Origin: an uncultured Solirubrobacteraceae bacterium
Lineage (GTDB): Bacteria > Actinomycetota > Thermoleophilia > Solirubrobacterales > Solirubrobacteraceae
Assembly: GCA_963730575.1 (NCBI GenBank)
Contig: CAVSSG010000002.1
Coordinates: 359,707 to 423,706, forward strand
Direction: 5' to 3'
Length of the DNA stretch: 64,000 nucleotides
Shown here: positions 50,619 to 63,359 of the stretch, one piece after another
How positions within the stretch are numbered: position 1 is the stretch's first letter
Layout of the letters: each line of letters begins with the position of its first letter
Translations under genes and position numbers: made by a program
The notes under the pieces: generated by a model
The model's database searches: none
Told to the model about the DNA's origin: nothing
Seen by the model: the letters and a program-made list of their open reading frames with translations, nothing else

Positions 50619-51560
50619 CTATCCCGGCAGGCCCGATAGCGAGGAGGAGCGGGCCTGCTGGGATGGGCGGTCCTTGAACCGCCCGTCTGCCTGACCGGCG
50701 AGTTTCGCGATCGCGTCGATCAATCCCGGCCAGATCACCCGGGGCATGTCATGCCCCATGCCCCTGATTCGCATCAGCCTGGCACCGGTGATCGCGCGTG
50801 CGGTCGCCCGGCCGCCCGAGTAGGCCACCAGCCGGTCGGCGGTGCCGTGGACCACGAGCGTCGGAGCGCTGATGGCGCGCACTTCGCGGGTTCGGTCGCC
50901 TGACGCTGTTATCGCGGCAAGCTGGCGCGCGGGGCCGCCGGGGTCGTGGTCGCGCTCGTAGCTCGCGGCGGCGACGGCGCGGACGTCATCGGGGTCGCGG
51001 GGCAGGCCGGTTGAGCCGATCGCCGCGAATACGGCTTCCGCTCGGGCGATGAATGCCTCTCGTCCCTCTTTCGGCCTCCTCAGCAGCATCGGGATGAGCC
51101 TGGGCGCCGGGCGTCCGCTCCAGGGGCTGCCGGTGTTGGACATGATCGACACCAGCGAGCAGACCTTGCCGGGATGGCGGGCCGCGAGCGTCTGGGCGAT
51201 CATCCCGCCCATCGACGCGCCGATCACGTGCGCGGGCGCCAGCTCGAGCTCGCGCAGCAGGCCGGCGGCGTCCGCCGCCATGTCGGCGAGGGTGTAGCTC
51301 GCGGCGTGCCTGGAACGAGTCACGAGCTGCGGGATCGTGGGCGTGTGACCGTGTAGGTGGGTCGAGCGCCCGGCGTCACGGTTGTCGAAGCGCACGACGT
51401 GAAATCCCCGGTCCGCGAGCGCCTGGCAGAAGTCCTCCTGCCAGGCCACCATCTGCATGCCGAGCCCCATGATCAGGAGCGCCGTAGGATCGGCGGGGTC
51501 GCCGAACGTCTCATAGCAGAGGGTGATTCCCCGGCCCACGTCGCAGAGCTGCTCAGACAT
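50619..51560 (-). CDS. Alpha/beta hydrolase
   Basis: [16 protein letters not shown] nucleophile elbow, HGTAD, GMGHD. Confidence 0.92.
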   Translation of the reverse strand: MSEQLCDVGRGITLCYETFGDPADPTALLIMGLGMQMVAWQEDFCQALADRGFHVVRFDNRDAGRSTHLHGHTPTIPQLVTRSRHAASYTLADMAADAAGLLRELELAPAHVIGASMGGMIAQTLAARHPGKVCSLVSIMSNTGSPWSGRPAPRLIPMLLRRPKEGREAFIARAEAVFAAIGSTGLPRDPDDVRAVAAASYERDHDPGGPARQLAAITASGDRTREVRAISAPTLVVHGTADRLVAYSGGRATARAITGARLMRIRGMGHDMPRVIWPGLIDAIAKLAGQADGRFKDRPSQQARSSSLSGLPG

Positions 51561-51603
51561 CGTTCACCAACTGTACCGGCCCATCAACGCTAGGATCGAG
51601 CGG

Positions 51604-53708
51604 ATGCCCGACCGCGACATCCAGCGACTGTCGATCGACACGATTCGGGGTTTGGCGATGGATGCGGTGCAGCAGGCCAACGCCGGACATCCCGGTACGG
51701 CTATGGCACTCGCTCCGCTGGCCCACACGCTGTTCACCGGGTTCTTGCGGTGCAACCCGAAGGACACCACCTGGCCGGATCGCGACCGCTTCGTGCTGAG
51801 TGCCGGGCACGCGTGCATACTGCAGTACTCGCTTCTGCATCTCGTCGGCTACGAGCTCGGCCTCGACGATCTGAAGCAGTTCCGCCAATGGGGCTCGCGC
51901 ACCCCCGGGCATCCCGAGCGCGGCCACACGCCCGGGATCGAGATCACGACCGGGCCGCTCGGCCAGGGCCTCGGCAACGCCGTCGGCATGGCCATGGCAG
52001 AGCGCTTTCTGGCAGAGCGCTTCAACCGTCCCGGCCACGAGATCGTCGACCACCGTGTCTACGCGATCTGCTCCGACGGCGACCTGATGGAGGGAGTCAG
52101 CCAGGAGGCGGCCTCGATCGCGGGGCACTTCGGGCTCGGCAAGCTGGTCGTCTGCTACGACGACAACCACATCACGATCGACGGCACCACCTCGATCTCC
52201 TTCGACGGCGAGCAGCACGTGGAGCGCTTCCGGGCCGAGGGCTGGCACGTGCAGCGGGTCGAGGATTCAGAGGACCTGGAGGCCCTGCACGGCGCGATCG
52301 AGCGGGCACGCGCCGAAGAGCAGCGCCCGTCGTTGATCGCGATCCGCTCGCACATTGCCTACCCCGCGCCGCACGCGGTCGATACCGCCAAGGCCCACGG
52401 TGCGCCGCTGGGGGAGCCGGAGGTGAGGGCCACAAAGGAGGTCATGGGCTTCGACCCCGAGGTCAAGTTCTGGGTCGACGAGAGCGTCTATCGGCACATG
52501 TCCCTGATCGAGCGCGGCGCGGCCGCGCAGAGGGAGTGGAAGGAGCGCCTGTTCGACCCCTGGCGCGAGGCCTTTCCGGACATGGCGCGCGATTGGGATC
52601 TAGCCTCGCGCGGCCGGCTGAGGGATGGCTGGCGGGAGTCGCTGCCGCGCTTTCGGGCCGGCGAGGAGCTCGCCACCCGCTCGGCCGGCCAGAAGACTAT
52701 GGCCGCGTTCGCGGAGTTCGCCCCGACGATGATCGGCGGAGCCGCCGACCTCGTCGAGTCGACGAAGACGCTGTTCGACGGCGGCGGGGAGTTCTCCAGG
52801 GTGCACGCCGGACGAAACGTGCCCTTCGGCATTCGCGAGCACGCGATGGGCGCGATCGTCAACGGCGCCGCGGCCCACGGCGGGATCGTCAAGCCGTACG
52901 GATCGACATTCCTGGTGTTCTCCGACTACATGCGCCCGAGCGTGCGGCTGTCCGCGCTCATGGGTCTGCCCGTCGTCTGGGTCTGGACCCACGACTCGGT
53001 GGCTCTCGGCGAGGACGGCCCGACCCACCAGCCGATCGAGCACTACGCCGCGCTGCGCGCGATCCCCCACCTGTGGGTGATCAGACCGGCCGATGCGAAC
53101 GAGACCGCGGTTGCGTGGCGGGTGGCGCTCGAGCGCGAGGACGGTCCGGTCGCGCTGCTGCTCTCCCGCCAGAACATCCCGGTGCTCGACCGCGACGAGC
53201 TCGACGAGCGCCGAGGAGCTCGAGCTGGGCGGCTACGTGCTGTGGGACTCGGGTGCCGGGGGAGCGCAGGCGGTCACGGCCGGCCGGGAGGATGGCGCCG
53301 GGCGACGATCCCGACGTGATCCTCATGGCCACGGGCGCCGAGGTGTCGCCGACGCTCGCGGCCGCGCAGATGCTCGCCGACGAGGGCTCTCGCGTGCGGG
53401 TCGTCTCGATGCCCTGCATGGAGCTGTTCGAGGCCCAGCCGCTCGAGTACCGCGAGCAGGTGCTCCCGCGCGAGGTGAGCGCGCGCCTGGCGGTCGAGCC
53501 GGGCGCGACGATGAGCTGGTGGAGGTGGGTGGGCTCGGAGGGAGATGTCCTGGGGCTCGACCGATTCGGCGCCTCGGCACCGGGTACCACGGTCTTGAAG
53601 GAGCTGGGCTTCAGCGCGGAGAACATCGCCTTGCGCGCCAGGGCTCTGCTCGAGCGGCACGAGTCCGATACCGAGCTGAACAAGGAGATCGAACGATGTC
53701 CTCTGTAA
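51604..53708 (+). CDS. tkt: Transketolase (frameshift near 53210-53300)
   Basis: [62 protein letters not shown]. Confidence 0.95.
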
Positions 53709-54812
53709 ACCTCTCCCCGCTGCGGCTGCTGTCCTCGCTGGGGCAGAGCGTGTGGATCGACTTCCTCTCCCGCGAGTCGATTCGCGGCGGGCACCTGCAG
53801 AGCCTGCTCGATGAGGACTCGGTCGTGGGCGCGACGTCGAACCCACGATCTTCCAGAAGGCGATGGCCGACTCGGGACGCCTACGAGGGGCAGCTGTCGC
53901 GAGCTCGACTCCGGACTGGACATCAAGGACGTCTTCTGGGCGCTGGCCGAGCAGGACATACGCGAGGCGTGCGACCTGTTCCGCCCGGTCTGGGACGGAG
54001 GCGAGGGCCGCGACGGGTACGTCTCACTGGAGGTGGACCCCGGCCTCGCCTACGAGACGCTGTCCACGTTCGGTGAAGCGATGCGCATGCACGAGGCCGT
54101 GGACCGGCCCAATCTGATGGTCAAGATCCCCGCCACCAAGCCGGGACTGGCGGCGATCGAGGACGTGATCGCCAAGGGCCGCTCGATCAACGTCACGCTG
54201 ATCTTCTCGCTGCGCCGCTACGCGGAGGTCGCCGAGTCCTACCTGCGCGGGCATCGAGCGCCTGATCGCCGAGGGCGGCGACCCCGCCACGGTGGCGTCG
54301 GTGGCGAGCTTCTTCGTCTCGCGCATCGACACCGAGGCCGACAGGCGCCTTGACGAGCTCGGCGGCCACGACGCACCTGAAGGGCAAGCTCGCCGTGGCC
54401 AACGCGAAGCTCGCCTACAGCCACTACCAGCAGGCGTTCTCGGGCCCGCGCTGGGAGTACCTGGCATCGAAGGGCGCCAGGCCGCAGCGGGTGCTGTGGG
54501 CATCCACATCGGTGAAGAACCCCGTCTACCCCGACACGATGTACGTGGAGGAGCTGATCGGCCCGGACACGGTCAACACGATGCCCGAGGAGACGATCAG
54601 GGCCTACCAGGACCACGGCCGCCCGCAGCCGCGGCTCGGATCGGGGCCTCGCGGACGCACGCAGGCTGCTCGACGAGCTCGCGCGCGCCGGCGTCGACTA
54701 CGAGGACCTCACCGACACTCTCGAGCGCGAGGGAGTTGAGAAATTCTCCGACTCCTTCCAGGAGCTGCTCGGGGCCCTGCAGGATAAGCGCGCCTCGCTG
54801 GTTGCAGCGTGA
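53696..54812 (+). CDS. tal: Transaldolase (several frameshifts)
   Basis: [62 protein letters not shown]. Confidence 0.93.
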
Positions 54813-54911
54813 TCTGGCCGGCGAGCTGATCGCGCCGGAGCCGGCCGCCGCCGATCTGGTGGAGGCTGGGCCGCGGTCATATGTGCGCCCGGCGGGTCAG
54901 CGCCCGGCGGG

Positions 54912-56181
54912 TCAGCTGTAGGGGATCGGGATCAGCACGCGGATCGTCAGCGGCCCGGACGGGAACGCGGTCTGCGTTGAGCGTGAACACGCGGAAGTCA
55001 TGCCCACCGTAGCTGTAGCTGCCGCTGGCGGGAACGGCTCCGGGGTTCGGACCGAGGCTGTTCTTCACGAGCGTTGAGCCCATGTACATCAGCACACGAG
55101 TCCGCCAGGCGACCGGCCAGCCGCTTGTAGCCCTCGTCGTCCTGGATCGACAGCACGAAGCTGCCGATCGTGCGTCCGTCGAGACGCAGCGGGGCTTCAC
55201 CGGCGCGAGCACGAACGGGCCACCGACATCGGCGAGCAGGCGCCCGCCGGCGCTGACCCGGAGACGGACGATGTGTTGGTTGAGCAGGGCCGACACGGCC
55301 TGCCTGGTGGCCGCCGGTTCGCGCCGCGCCACGGCACGCAGCAGGGCGGGGCTGTTCTGGACGCGGTGGACCTCCGTGAGCGCCCGCCCGCCGGCCTCGC
55401 CCGCATAGATGAGGCTCGCGATGTGGCTCATGGTCTTGAACAGGGTGTCTTCGCTCGTCGGTCCACAGAGCTTTCTGGTCGAGTCGATCGTCCTCAGCAG
55501 GTACACGTCCACGGGACCCGAGGGGTAGCGCTGTGCCGGGAACGACGTGTACTGGTAGTCGATGCCGTGCCAGCTGAGCGTGCCCTGGCGGGGCAGCTGG
55601 CCCGCGGGCAGCTCGAACGAGCCCGCGATGCTGCGCCCGCCCGACCGCAGGGCCACCGCGCCTCCGGTGATGCCGTCGGTCTCGAGCAGGAATCCTTCGT
55701 CGCTCCACACGCTCGTCACGAACGTTCCGATCGGCGAACGGCTCGTCCCCGTAATGATCCCGCTCACCGGGGCGAGCGCGGCGGGGCTGCCGACATCGGC
55801 CAGCACCTTTCCGCCGCGCATGATCTTCAGGTTCGTCATGTGTCCGGTGGCGATCAGCGCGAGGGCGGCCGTGCGCGCGGCGGGGGCGTCGTCGCGTTCC
55901 ACGGCTCGGCGCAGGGGCCGCGACGCGTCGATGAGATGTGCCGCCACCACCGTCCGTTCGCTTGCGACACCCTCGCGGTAGATGCGCATGGCCACATCGC
56001 CGAGCGCTCCGAGCACCGTCTGTGCGCATGTCGTGGAGGCCGGTTCGCCCGCGCCTATGTGTGCGACCGAGCTGCTCTGCGAGCTGGCCCCGCAACCGGC
56101 GAGGACGGCCGTCGCCGCCAGTGCGATCGCCGCTCCCGTCAGGAGCGAGGAGATAGCCGCGCGTGTGAGCATCCGCGACAT
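54912..56181 (-). CDS. Hypothetical lipoprotein with internal duplication (frameshifts near the 3' end)
   Basis: LAGC lipobox; repeated VLADVGSPAALAPV / LLADVGGPFVLAPV. Confidence 0.7.
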
Positions 56182-56220
56182 GCTAGGGCCGAGCCGATGG
56201 ACGGCAGGGTGAGAGGTCTC

Positions 56221-57390
56221 TCACTGCGGCGGCGGGTACACGGCCAGCCACGCGAACAGGCTGGTGGTGGCCGCCTGCGTCTGCAGCTCCCCCGGCAGGG
56301 CGTCCTGCGCCGGGCAGCGTTTCGCCGTTCCAGGAGAGCAGGTACAGGCCTTCGCCGTTGAGCGCGCGCGTCTGCGCGTCGCGCGCGTTGTCGGCCGCCA
56401 GCGCATACAGCGTGGGGTCGTGGTTCGAGCGAGTACAGGGCGAGCATCCACTGCAGGTAGATCGCGTCGTACTGCGGGGAGAAGTCGAGCAGGTAGCCGA
56501 AGCGATCCAGCGCGGTGGCCGTCAGCGCGCTCGGACGCGTTCGCAGTCGCGCGGCTTCTGCGGTCAGCTGGCACAGCACCGCCTGCGCGTAGATCAGCGG
56601 CGCCTCGATGTAGTCGATCGGCGTGGCGTCGAGGTTGCTTGCCGGCGTACAGCCCGTTGGCGGCGCTGAACCCGGCGGTGTTCGCCCAGGCCAGGAACAT
56701 GCGCGCCGTCGCGAGGTAGCGCGGTCGAGTGGGTCTGCTGGTAGAGCAGCGTCGCCAGCAGCGTGCCCGAGGCGAGCGCCTCGCCGGCCTTGTAGGGGTG
56801 GCTGGTGTTCCACCAGATCCCGCCGCCCTGGCGGTCCCAGCCGGCGGCGGCGATGTAGGCGAGCGCCCGCTCGGCGTCGCCGAGCCAGCGCCGGGTGCCG
56901 GTCGCGCGGTAGGCGTTCAGGAACGCAAGGCCCCACCAGCCGTTGTCGTCGAACCAGGTCTGGGTGTTGGCGCGCGGTCGCCCGGGTAGGGCGAGTAGCC
57001 GGGCACCGGGCGCAGCCCGCGGTTCAGGTAGCGCTCGGCGCCCGTGGCGAAGCGCGCCACGCGCCCGCCTGTTGGCCGGCGTCGGGCTGGGCGATGGCGA
57101 TCGCGTCGATCGACTCGAACAGCGGCACGATGTCCCAGATCGTGGCCAGCGGGTAGCGGTCGCGGTCGCCGAGCCGCGCGTCATACCAGCCGCGCCGCGG
57201 GATCGCGCCAGCGCCGCTCGGCCACGCGCGACGCCCGCTCTGCGCCAGCGCGAGGTATCGCTGCTGGGCACCGCTCAGCGCCTGCGCGGCCCCGGCGCGG
57301 GGCGGGCGCCCGGCGGCCGCGGCGATCGGCGCCGCGGGGCCGCAGACGGCGGTCAGCGAGCATGGCGAGGATGAGTGCGGGCTTGGCCAT
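56221..57390 (-). CDS. Glycoside hydrolase family 76-like protein (multiple frameshifts)
   Basis: WFDDNGWWGLAFLNAYRATG and GGGIWWN motifs. Confidence 0.75.
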
Positions 57391-57542
57391 ATGATCCAGA
57401 ACCCGACAGTTGGTCACAACGTCGCGTGTTCTCGGCACGGATGCTGCCCGCGCTGCATTGTCTGCCCATACTTCGCCGGTGGCACCGAATATTTAGGCGC
57501 CGAGTAGGTCAGCAACCGATGAATGTGGCCGAATAGACGACC

Positions 57543-58517
57543 ATGGCTCCCATCCCGAATCCGCCGCCCTCGAGGCCCACGTCCCGATGCCAGCCCTCCG
57601 AACGCAGGGCGTGGCTGCTCGCGTGCTCTGATCGGGGCGCTCGGCGTGGCCGTGCTCGTGGCGGTGCTCACCGGCCTGGTCGGCCAGACGGCGGCGCCGC
57701 GGCGCACTCCTCGCCGCCCGCCGTGCCCGTCGCGGCGGCGACCCCCACGCCGGGCCCGAGCCGCCGCGGCGAGCGTTCTCGCCGGAGAGGCGCGGCACCG
57801 CGTCGGGATCGCCGCGCCCGCTCGCCGCCGAGCTACGCGCACGGCGATCGTCGCCGCGCCTTCGCGCCTGCAGCAGAGCGTCGACGCCAGGCGCTTCGTC
57901 GATCAGACCCAGACGCACATCTCCTACCGCTGGATGGAAGGCTTCTACCCGATCTACGCGGTCGCCCAGCGCACGTTCGGGGTCAACTGGCTGCTGATCG
58001 CCTCGATCCACATGCAGGAGTCGGCGTTCTCCACGGCGCCCGGCATCTACCACGGGCTGAACTTCGCCGGCTGCTGCGGCGGGCCGATGCAGTTCAACGT
58101 GACCAACGGCCCGCGTTACCACGTGGCAGCTCGTCAGCAACTCCTACATCTACGGCAAGCGCCCCGCCTCCTACAACCACATGACCGCCACCCACCCGTC
58201 GATCTACGACGACTTCGACTCGATCATGGCCGCCGCCCACCTGCTGTCCGCGGACGGGGCTGAATGGCGCTCGACGGCGCCGCGTGGGATGCGGCCTATG
58301 ACTACTACGGTCACGACGCCACCGGCGTGACCTATGCCGACGAGGTGCTCGCGCGCGCGATCGGCTGGTCCCAGCACGGGTTCTGCATCAACTGCGGGGT
58401 CGAACCGGCGATGGTCGAAGCCGTGCACGCCGCCTACGGCGCGCCCGTGCTGGCGGCGTTGAGCGGCCCCGTCGCCCACTCCGCGACGCTCGACCGCAGC
58501 GCCCGCCCCGGCGCTGA
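57543..58517 (+). CDS. Lytic transglycosylase-domain protein (frameshifted; ends approximate)
   Basis: IYAVAQRTFGVNWLLIASIHMQES, GPMQF, DSIMAAAHLL, YADEVLARA. Confidence 0.7.
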
Positions 58518-58565
58518 GAGCGGATCGGCTCGGTCGCGCGAAGCGCAGGCGGCGCTCGGCCTGCG

Positions 58566-59696
58566 TCAGCAGCTCGCCGGCGACCCGGTCGGTCGCGCCG
58601 AGGCGCCGCCGAGCAGGCGGCGCGAGAGCTCGGCGCGGCGGAAGTACAGGGGCGCGTCGTGCTCCCATGTGGCGCCGATGCCGCCGTGCACGGAGATCAT
58701 CGTGCGCGCGGCCTGATCGAGCGCGCGAGAGGCGACCGAGCGGGCGGCGTTGGCGGCGAGCGGGAACTCCGCGGGCGCCCCGTCGCGCGCCCAGCCGGCG
58801 TAGTAGAGCAGCGAGCGCCCGTTCTCGAGCTGGCGCAGCACCTCGGTCAGGGAGTGCTTGATCGCCTGATAGGAGCCGATCGCCCGGCCGAACGTGAAGC
58901 GCTCCTTGGCGTAGGCGACCGATACCTCGAGCGCCGTCTCGACGCTGCCGATCGACTCCGCCGCGATCAGCGCCTGTGCCAGATGCCAGGCGCCCGCGAG
59001 GGACTCCTCGGGGGCATCGAGGACGACGGCGGGCGCGTCGCTGAGCGTGACGTGCCCGAGCGAGCGGGTGGCGTCGTAGCGGGTCACGGCCTCGACCGTG
59101 CACCCCCGGGGCGTCGGCCAGGATCGCCACGCCGATGGGCCGGCCGTCCTGCAGCGCGACGCCCACCAGCACGTCGGCGCCGGGGGCGTCGGGCACGAAC
59201 GCGAAGCTGCCGTTCACGGCGCACGCGTCCATCCTCGTCGGTGGCTCCGGCGCTCGGAAGCGCGAGCGCGGCGAGGCCGTGCGCCGGGTCGCGTGCTCCA
59301 GCTGTCCGTCGAGGTCGTCGGGGGGTCGCGCGGGGAGGTAGGCCGCGCGCTGCTCGCCGCTGGCGAGGCCGGGCAGAACTCGGCCGCGTCCGGCGCGTCG
59401 CCGAGGATCGCGGTGGCGGGCAGGTGGCCGAGCAGCTCGCACGCTCGCGAGCACGCGGCCGCACTCGCCCGAGCACGAGCATCGCGTCGAACACGTCCAG
59501 GCCGGCGCCGTCGTGCTCCTCGCTCGATCAGCAGCCCCGGCCAGCCGGCCTCGCATGCGACCGGCCACAGGTCGGGCAGCGCGCTCTCGTCTCCGTCGAG
59601 GGCCTCGCGTGCGGCCTCGAACGTCTTGAAGCGCGACAGCGCGCCGCGTGCGGCCTCGCGCAGGAACACCTGCTCGTCTGACAGTGACAGATTCAC
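58566..59696 (-). CDS. Acyl-CoA dehydrogenase family protein (frameshifted)
   Basis: MNLSLSDEQ; YAKERFTFGRAIGSYQAIKH; HGGIGATWEH. Confidence 0.85.
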
Positions 59697-59727
59697 GGTG
59701 ACACTCCTTCTGTCGTGTGCGACCGGT

Positions 59728-60946
59728 TCATGCCGCCGCCGTTTCCTTGGAGCGCAGCTCCGAGAACGGGATGCCCTTGTCCAGCCGCGGCTCCGGCGGC
59801 AGTCCGAGGACGCGCTCGCCGATGGTGTTGCGCAGGATCTCCTCGGTCCCGCCCGCGGACTTCAGGCCGGGCAGGAACGAGATCATGTATGCCCACTCGC
59901 TGTCCTCGGCCAGCGCGTCGGGGCCGAACACGTCGGCGATCAGATCGCCGGCCTTGATCGCGCCGTTGACGATCGTGACCTTCGCGAGGCCCGCCTCCGG
60001 TCCCGGGATCTGGCCCTTCTGAAGCGCCGTCAAGGTGCGGTAGCCGGTGAACCTGACCGCCAGCAGTTCGCTTGAGATCTCGCCGAGCTGGTGGCGGACG
60101 TTGCGGTCGCGCCGTGCGTGCTCGTCGCTCGCGATCGCGGCGGCGAAGCGGTCGGAGTTGTAGCCGAACCCCTCGCCGCCGAGCCCGATCGTGACGCGCT
60201 CGTACATGAGCGTGGTCAGCGCCGTGCCCCAGCCGTTTCCGACTCCACCGACGACGGCCCCGGGCTCGAGCGCGACGTCGTCGAAGAACACCTCGTTGAA
60301 CTCCGCCTCGCCGGAGATCTGGCGCAGGCCGCGCACCGTCACGCCCTCGGCGTCCATCGGGACGACGAACATGGTCAGGCCCTTGTGCTTGGGCACATCC
60401 GCGTCGGTGCGCGCGAGCAGCAGTCCGTAGGAGGCGAACTGGGCGTTGGTCGTCCATACCTTCTGGCCCGACAGCCGCCAGCTGCCGTCGTCCTGAAGGC
60501 GCGCGCGCGCCTGCACCGCCGCGAGGTCAGAGCCGGCGGCGGGCTCGGAGAACAGCTGGCACCAGACCTCGTCGCCGTGGAGCATCGGCCCGAGATAGCG
60601 CGAGCTTCTGCTCGTCGGTGCCGTTGGCGATGATCGTCGGGCCGAGCATGCCGACGCCGATCGCGTCGAGGATGCCGGGCACCCGTGCGCGGGCGATCTC
60701 CTGGCCGCAGATGACCTGCTCGATCGGCCCGAGTCCCTGTCCGCCGTACTCCTTTGGCCAGGTCACCCCGGCCAGAGCGCCCTCGGCGAGCTTGCCCTGC
60801 CAGACGCGCCGCGCCGCGATTATCTCGTTCTCATCCTCGAGCGCTCCCGGCCCCTGGAGGATGGGTGCTTCGGATGAATGCTCGTCAAGCCAGCGCCGCA
60901 CCTGGGCGCGGTAGGCGGCCTGCTCAGGGGTGTCATCAAGATCCAT
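59728..60946 (-). CDS. Acyl-CoA dehydrogenase family protein (frameshift near 60600)
   Basis: WPKEYGG, WCQLFSEPAAGSDLA, GQKVWT, EFNEVFF, AGGTEEILRNTIGERVLGLP; tandem pair typical of heteromeric FadE enzymes. Confidence 0.9.
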
Positions 60947-60960
60947 GCCCGCTCCTTTGG

Positions 60961-60984
60961 CTGACTGACTGGTCAGTCAGTATA
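60961..60984 (-). promoter_or_regulatory. Palindromic operator (TetR-like) adjoining a -10 box of the acyl-CoA dehydrogenase operon
   Basis: CTGACTGAC-TG-GTCAGTCAG at 60961-60980; TATACT on the minus strand at 60979-60984. Confidence 0.7.
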
Positions 60985-61096
60985 GACCCAACGGGCCCGG
61001 CCGTGGTCAGGCGCCGTGCGCCCGCGTTCACGCGCCACTCGCGCACATTCGCCCCCGCGTTCGGGCGCCGTGGGCCCGCGTTCAGGCCCGGCGCGG

Positions 61097-62222
61097 TCAG
61101 GCGCCGGGCGGGATCGGCGGCTCGGGCACGGGCGCCTGGTGGTAGACGCTCTCGAATCCGCTGTCGAGCAGATCGGCTGGCCTGCGATGGCCGGGTCGGG
61201 CGAGTCGAGCAGCACGACGCCCAGGCGCACGCCGTGGCGCTCGGCCGTTGCCACCAGGCATTTGCCGGCGGCCAGCGGTGTAGCCGGTCTTCAGGCCCGT
61301 CACGCCCGGGATAGCCGTAGATGAGCAGCGGGTTGTTGTTGTAGAGGAACAGCCTGCCGCCCTTGATCGGGAAGGGCAAGCGCCGCCGTGATAGGTACGC
61401 ACGATGCTGGCGATGCGCGGCTGTTCGAGGTCGACGTGCGCGAGCATCGCGAGATCGGCGGCGCAGGAGTAGTTGCCCTGGTTTACGTAGCCCGACGGCG
61501 AGGAGTAGCGCGTGCAGCCCATCCCCAGCTTGGCCGCCTCGTGCGTTCATGCGCGTCGACGAACCGCCTGACGCGGTGCCGGCGACGTGCTGCGCGAGCG
61601 CCATCGCGGCGTCGTTGCCCGAGGGCAGCAGCAGCCCGTAGAGCATGCTCTCGAGTCGCACGTGCCTGCCTAGCGGCAGCACGCCGACCTTCGAGCCGGC
61701 GGCTTCGACCGCCTGCCTGGTCACGAGCACGGGCGCGTCGGCGGGCGCCGACTCGACCGTCAGCAGCGCGGTCATCATCTTCGTCAGGCTCGCGATGCGC
61801 AGGCGCTCGTAGGGATTGCGCTGCCACAGCACCTGGCCGGTGTCAGGTTGAACAGCAGCCCGGCGCGGGGCGGGGTTCGAAAGGCGATGTGCACGGGGTC
61901 CTTGAGGGGCGTCGCGATCCCGGCGAGCGCGAGAGGCGGGCTTGCCGAGCGGCAGGCCGCTCGGCGACAGAGCGCCGGCGCCGGGTCGGCTGGTCCGCCT
62001 GCGCCGCGTGCGTGGCCGCGCTGGCCGTGTCGTGGGCTGGTGTGCGACTCGGCGAGCGCCATCACGACGAGCGCCGCGACGATCGCCAGCGCGAGCGCGA
62101 CCGCCAGACGCGCCGCGCCTGCGCCGCGGCGGCTGTGCTCGCGCCTGCGGCTCGGTCTCGGCGTCGTGAACGGAGGGTGCTCATCGGCGGGCGGGCGGCT
62201 GGAGGAACGTGCTGGCGTGCAT
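61097..62222 (-). CDS. D-alanyl-D-alanine carboxypeptidase (S11), frameshifted
   Basis: IASLTKMM (SxxK), PSGND (SxN), GLKTGYT (KTG). Confidence 0.88.
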
Positions 62223-62226
62223 CAGG

Positions 62227-62402
62227 TCACCGGGGAGGATTGCGCAGCGCGCCGACGATCCCCACGGCAAGCAGCACGAGGATGCAGCACGGACAGCAGC
62301 GCTGGCCAGCGTAAACCCTTCCTCGACGACCGCGGCGAAGGTGAGGAAGGCGAAGCCGGCGATGAACACGAGCGCCACGCCGAGGACGGGCAGGCGCGTC
62401 AT
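62227..62402 (-). CDS. Small membrane protein (frameshifted)
   Basis: Two hydrophobic segments, lies within the operon. Confidence 0.5.
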
Positions 62403-62433
62403 GTCGGCAGGGTCCCGGGCGTGGCCATTGCGA

Positions 62434-63252
62434 TCAGTACGCGGGCAGCGGCGGCGACTCGGGCCTGCCGCGCCCGACGAACAGACGGATCAGCGAGCAG
62501 GCCGAAGAGCGAAGCCGCCGACGTGCGCGAAGTAGGCGACGCCTTCGCCGCCGCCGACCGGGCTGGCCAGGCCGGCCGCGCCGAAGAGCGAGCTGCACGA
62601 CGAACCAGAAGCCGAGCAGGAGCAGCGCGGGGACCTCGACGATGGTCACGAAGAAGATCGATGAACACGAGGCTGAGCACGCGCGCGCGCGGATACAGCA
62701 GGACGTAGCCGCCGAGCACCGCCGCGATCGCCCCCGAGGCGCCGAGCGTGGGGATGGTCGAGTCGGGGCGCACGAGCACCTGCGCGCCCAGCGCGACGAG
62801 GCCGCCGAGCAGGTAGAAGGCCAGGAAGCGCCCCCGCCCCATCGAGTCCTCGACGGTGGGGCCGAAGATCGCCAAGAAGAGCATGTTGCCAAAGATGTGA
62901 AGGAAGCTGCCGTGCAGGAACATCGAGGTGAACACCGTCTGCCCAGGTCGCGGGCTGCGCGGGCGGCCGCCGTCGCCGCCAGCGCAGCGACTGCCCGGCT
63001 GGCGCTGACAGGCGACCGTGCTGCCGAGGCCTTCGAGCGTCCGTACCCCGACCAGGTCGCAGTGCGTCGCCGGGATGGGTGAGCTCGTAGGGGATCGCCC
63101 CGTAGCGCACCGCCACGTTGCTCGCTCGGCCCCCCGAAGAAGCTGCCGCCGTGGCGGATCTCGAGCAGATAGACGATCACGTTGATCGCGACGAGCGCGA
63201 CCGTGACGAGCGGAAATCGCGCGAGCGGAATGTTGTCTTTGAGCGGGAACAT
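62434..63252 (-). CDS. Rhomboid intramembrane serine protease (frameshifted)
   Basis: MFPLKDNIP, SMFLHG..HIFGNMLFL, GASGAIA, AYFAHVGG. Confidence 0.9.
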   Translation of the reverse strand: MFPLKDNIPLARFPLVTVALVAINVIVYLLEIRHGGSFFGGPSEQRGGALRGDPLRAHPSRRRTATWSGYGRSKASAARSPVSASRAVAALAATAAARAARDLGRRCSPRCSCTAASFTSLATCSSWRSSAPPSRTRWGGGASWPSTCSAASSRWARRCSCAPTRPSPRSAPRGRSRRCSAATSCCIRARACSASCSSIFFVTIVEVPALLLLGFWFVVQLALRRGRPGQPGRRRRRRRLLRARRRLRSSACSLIRLFVGRGRPESPPLPAY

Positions 63253-63359
63253 CGCTGCAGGCCCCCGGGCGCGAGGGCGCCGCTGAGCCTATCCGCGGGC
63301 GCGCGCGCGGCGGAGGCTCCGGCGGGCCGACCGCAGCGGCGGGTGGGCGGTCGTCCGCG

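Noticed and set aside
54886-54915. 15-bp tandem duplication cgcccggcgggtcag
   Set aside because: Two copies only, at a gene end; probably slippage with no evident function.
58204-59568. Long Arg/Ala-rich alternative ORFs throughout the right half (example given)
   Set aside because: Products of high GC content and frameshifts; they lack motifs and overlap recognisable genes.
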